Source: Salinisphaeraceae bacterium (GTDB taxonomy: Bacteria; Pseudomonadota; Gammaproteobacteria; Nevskiales; Salinisphaeraceae). From it: a stretch of DNA of 64,000 nucleotides. Made by a program: the position numbers and the translations under genes. The stretch spans positions 54,040 through 118,039 of the forward strand of contig NYTH01000008.1 of NCBI GenBank assembly GCA_002683405.1, in the 5' to 3' direction. The notes below the pieces were generated by a model that saw nothing but the letters and a program-made list of their open reading frames with translations, made no database searches and had not been told where the DNA came from. Shown here one piece after another: positions 61,898-64,000 of the stretch. The stretch's first letter is position 1; each line of letters opens with the position of its first letter.

Positions 61898-62830
61898 ATG
61901 ACCACCGCGTTCTATTCACCGGATTCCAGCACGCTGCACGACATGGGCCGTGGGCATCCCGAGCGGCCCGAACGCATCAGCGCCGTACACAAGGGCCTGG
62001 AGCAGGCCGGCCTGCTGAACGGACTGGACCGGCGGCAGGCGCCGGCGGTCGGCCGATCGGCTCTTGAACGCGTGCATGATCCGGACTATGTGGAGCAACT
62101 TTTCGCAGCGTCTCCGGCATCCGGCCTGCGTCAGCTTGATCCGGATACGGCGATGAACCCGCACAGTCTGGAGGCCGCCAGTGACGCTGCCGGCGCGGTG
62201 GTGAATGCGGTCGACCGCGTGCTGGCCGGCGACGCCGCCAACGCCTTCTGCGCGGTGCGCCCGCCCGGACATCACGCGGAGTATGCCCGCGCCATGGGTT
62301 TCTGCTTTTTCGACAGCGTGGCCGTTGGCGCGGCCCATGCGCTGACCCGTCACGGGCTGGAACGCATCGCCATCCTCGACTTCGATGTGCACCACGGCAA
62401 CGGCACCGAGGACGTACTGCGAGACGAGCCACGGGTACTGTTCTGCTCGAGCTATCAGAATCCGCTGTTTCCCTATACCGACGACGAGATCATCCCCGGC
62501 AAGCTGATCAAGTCGCCGCTGCGCGCGGGGCAGGGCAGCGACGTATTCCGGCGCACCATCGAGCGCGACTGGTTGCCCTCGGTGAGCGCCTTCAAGCCGC
62601 AGCTTGTGCTGGTGTCCGCCGGGTTCGACGCGCACCGCGCCGATCCGCTGGCCGGCCTGGAACTGGAGGCCGATGATTTTGCCTGGGTAACCGAGCGCAT
62701 CGTCGAACTCGCCGACGAGTTCTGCGATGGCCGTATAGTCAGCACGCTGGAAGGCGGCTACGACCTGTCTGCGCTGGCCGCCAGTGCTGCTGCGCATGTC
62801 GGCGTACTGCTGAAGCGAGGAGAACGATGA
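61898..62830 (+). CDS. Histone-deacetylase-family amidohydrolase (second copy)
   Basis: 310 aa with 'HPERPERI', 'RPPGHHA', 'DFDVHHGNGTE', 'AGFDAH' and 'LEGGY'. It starts 7 nt after the LLM gene, and its stop overlaps the next start (ATGA). Confidence 0.9.
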   Translation: MTTAFYSPDSSTLHDMGRGHPERPERISAVHKGLEQAGLLNGLDRRQAPAVGRSALERVHDPDYVEQLFAASPASGLRQLDPDTAMNPHSLEAASDAAGAVVNAVDRVLAGDAANAFCAVRPPGHHAEYARAMGFCFFDSVAVGAAHALTRHGLERIAILDFDVHHGNGTEDVLRDEPRVLFCSSYQNPLFPYTDDEIIPGKLIKSPLRAGQGSDVFRRTIERDWLPSVSAFKPQLVLVSAGFDAHRADPLAGLELEADDFAWVTERIVELADEFCDGRIVSTLEGGYDLSALAASAAAHVGVLLKRGER

Positions 62831-63216
62831 GTACGAGCGCGCTGGGACGATGGCACGCCATGGTCGAGGCCCGGGATCCGGCCGGTCTGGACGACTTGCT
62901 GGCGGAGGACGCGGTGTTTCATTCCCCCGTCGTCCACGCGCCGCAAGCGGGTCGGCGGATGACCAGCCTGTACCTGCGTGCGGCCTTTCAGGTGCTCATG
63001 CCCGGCGACTTCCGATACGTGCGCGAAATTGTCGGCGAGAACGATGCGCTGCTGGAGTTCGAGTGTGAACTCGACGGCGTCAGCGTCAACGGCATTGACC
63101 TGATCCGCTGGAACAGCGCCGGCAGGATCACCGACTTCAAGGTGATGATCCGGCCCCTGAAGGCGATCCATGCGGTGCGCGAGCGCATGGCGGCGGCATT
63201 GCAGGCGAAGGGCTGA
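62827..63216 (+). CDS. NTF2/SnoaL-like fold protein
   Basis: 129 aa. 'WHAMVEARDPAGLDDLLAEDAVFHSPVVH' is a typical SnoaL-like N-terminus. Confidence 0.7.
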   Translation: MSTSALGRWHAMVEARDPAGLDDLLAEDAVFHSPVVHAPQAGRRMTSLYLRAAFQVLMPGDFRYVREIVGENDALLEFECELDGVSVNGIDLIRWNSAGRITDFKVMIRPLKAIHAVRERMAAALQAKG

Positions 63217-63252
63217 CAACCGCGGGCGCGCAAGCGAAAAGGTTGGCAGGGA

Positions 63253-63275
63253 GCAGCCCGCCCGCTTCGGGCTGC
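63253..63275. terminator. Hairpin between convergent genes (possible bidirectional terminator)
   Basis: gcagccc-N9-gggctgc, a 7-bp GC stem. No U-tract on either side. Confidence 0.35.
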
Positions 63276-63282
63276 GGCGCGG

Positions 63283-63744
<462 letters not shown>

Positions 63745-64000
63745 TCAATATCCTGTCGGTCTGTCATGAAAATAAGTGGCCCGTTCGGTGACCACCGCGT
63801 CCAGCGGAACGTCCCAGTCGGCCGCCGGCAGGCGGTCGAGCTTTTGCGCTTCGAAAGCCAGGCCGACCTGTCTTGGTCTGCGCCAGCGGCCGCGGCCGTT
63901 GCGAAAAGCGAAGCTGCGGTCGTAAAAGCCGCCCCCCATGCCCAGTCGATTGCAGGCGGGGTCGAACCCGGCGAGCGGCGTAACGACCAGATCAAGTCTG
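63745..64000 (-). CDS. ygfA: 5-formyltetrahydrofolate cyclo-ligase, C-terminal part (gene continues beyond the window)
   Basis: The frame reads '...LDLVVTPLAGFDPACNRLGMGGGFYDRSFA...DWDVPLDAVVTE', the conserved 5-FCL C-terminal motifs. It is truncated by the window edge. Confidence 0.85.
   Translation of the reverse strand, partial: RLDLVVTPLAGFDPACNRLGMGGGFYDRSFAFRNGRGRWRRPRQVGLAFEAQKLDRLPAADWDVPLDAVVTERATYFHDRPTGY

Overview
This is a GC-rich, densely packed chromosomal segment. Its housekeeping gene order looks gammaproteobacterial, with blocks that match the Pseudomonas order as I recall it. I can support about 70 protein-coding genes, many with 1-4 nt start/stop overlaps. I recognised no rRNA, tRNA, CRISPR array, transposase, integrase or prophage gene.

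Gene content from left to right:
- GNAT acetyltransferase plus an HDAC-family deacetylase
- an alkyltransferase-like (ATL) protein
- an orphan MlaC-like protein
- an 11-gene minus-strand cell-wall/lipoate supercluster: lipB-ybeD-dat-dacA-rlpA-mltB-rodA-mrdA-mreDCB
- gatCAB, followed by LEA_2-like, SIMPL and YjbQ genes
- an unknown secreted protein, then purH and fis
- a 10-gene envelope cluster (21979-32243): TonB-like protein with an AgmX/PglI-type C-terminus, two ExbD, one ExbB, TPR proteins and secreted unknowns
- prmA-accC-accB-aroQ
- tlpA-like gene, dsbD and cutA, with a divergent 1-Cys peroxiredoxin
- ilvD, a DUF883/membrane pair, tatD and an SH3 protein
- an 8-gene translationally coupled plus-strand operon: CPA1 antiporter, alpha/beta hydrolase, DUF3047, HspQ, TerB, two GTPase-DUF697 paralogues and a lipoprotein
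- DUF4426-metW-metX-yggT-proC
- ilvA, a GT9 glycosyltransferase and a CDF transporter
- SnoaL-like protein, aldehyde dehydrogenase, LLM oxidoreductase, a second HDAC-family gene and a second SnoaL-like protein
- an EVE-domain gene and the 3' end of a 5-formyltetrahydrofolate cyclo-ligase gene

The best candidate for a poorly described system is the ExbB/2xExbD/TonB-like/TPR cluster. It sits where dusB normally lies between prmA and fis, and it resembles the conserved core of the myxobacterial Agl-Glt machinery. The second candidate is the HspQ-TerB-twin membrane GTPase module.

All functional calls rest on motif and family recognition by eye. No database search was run.
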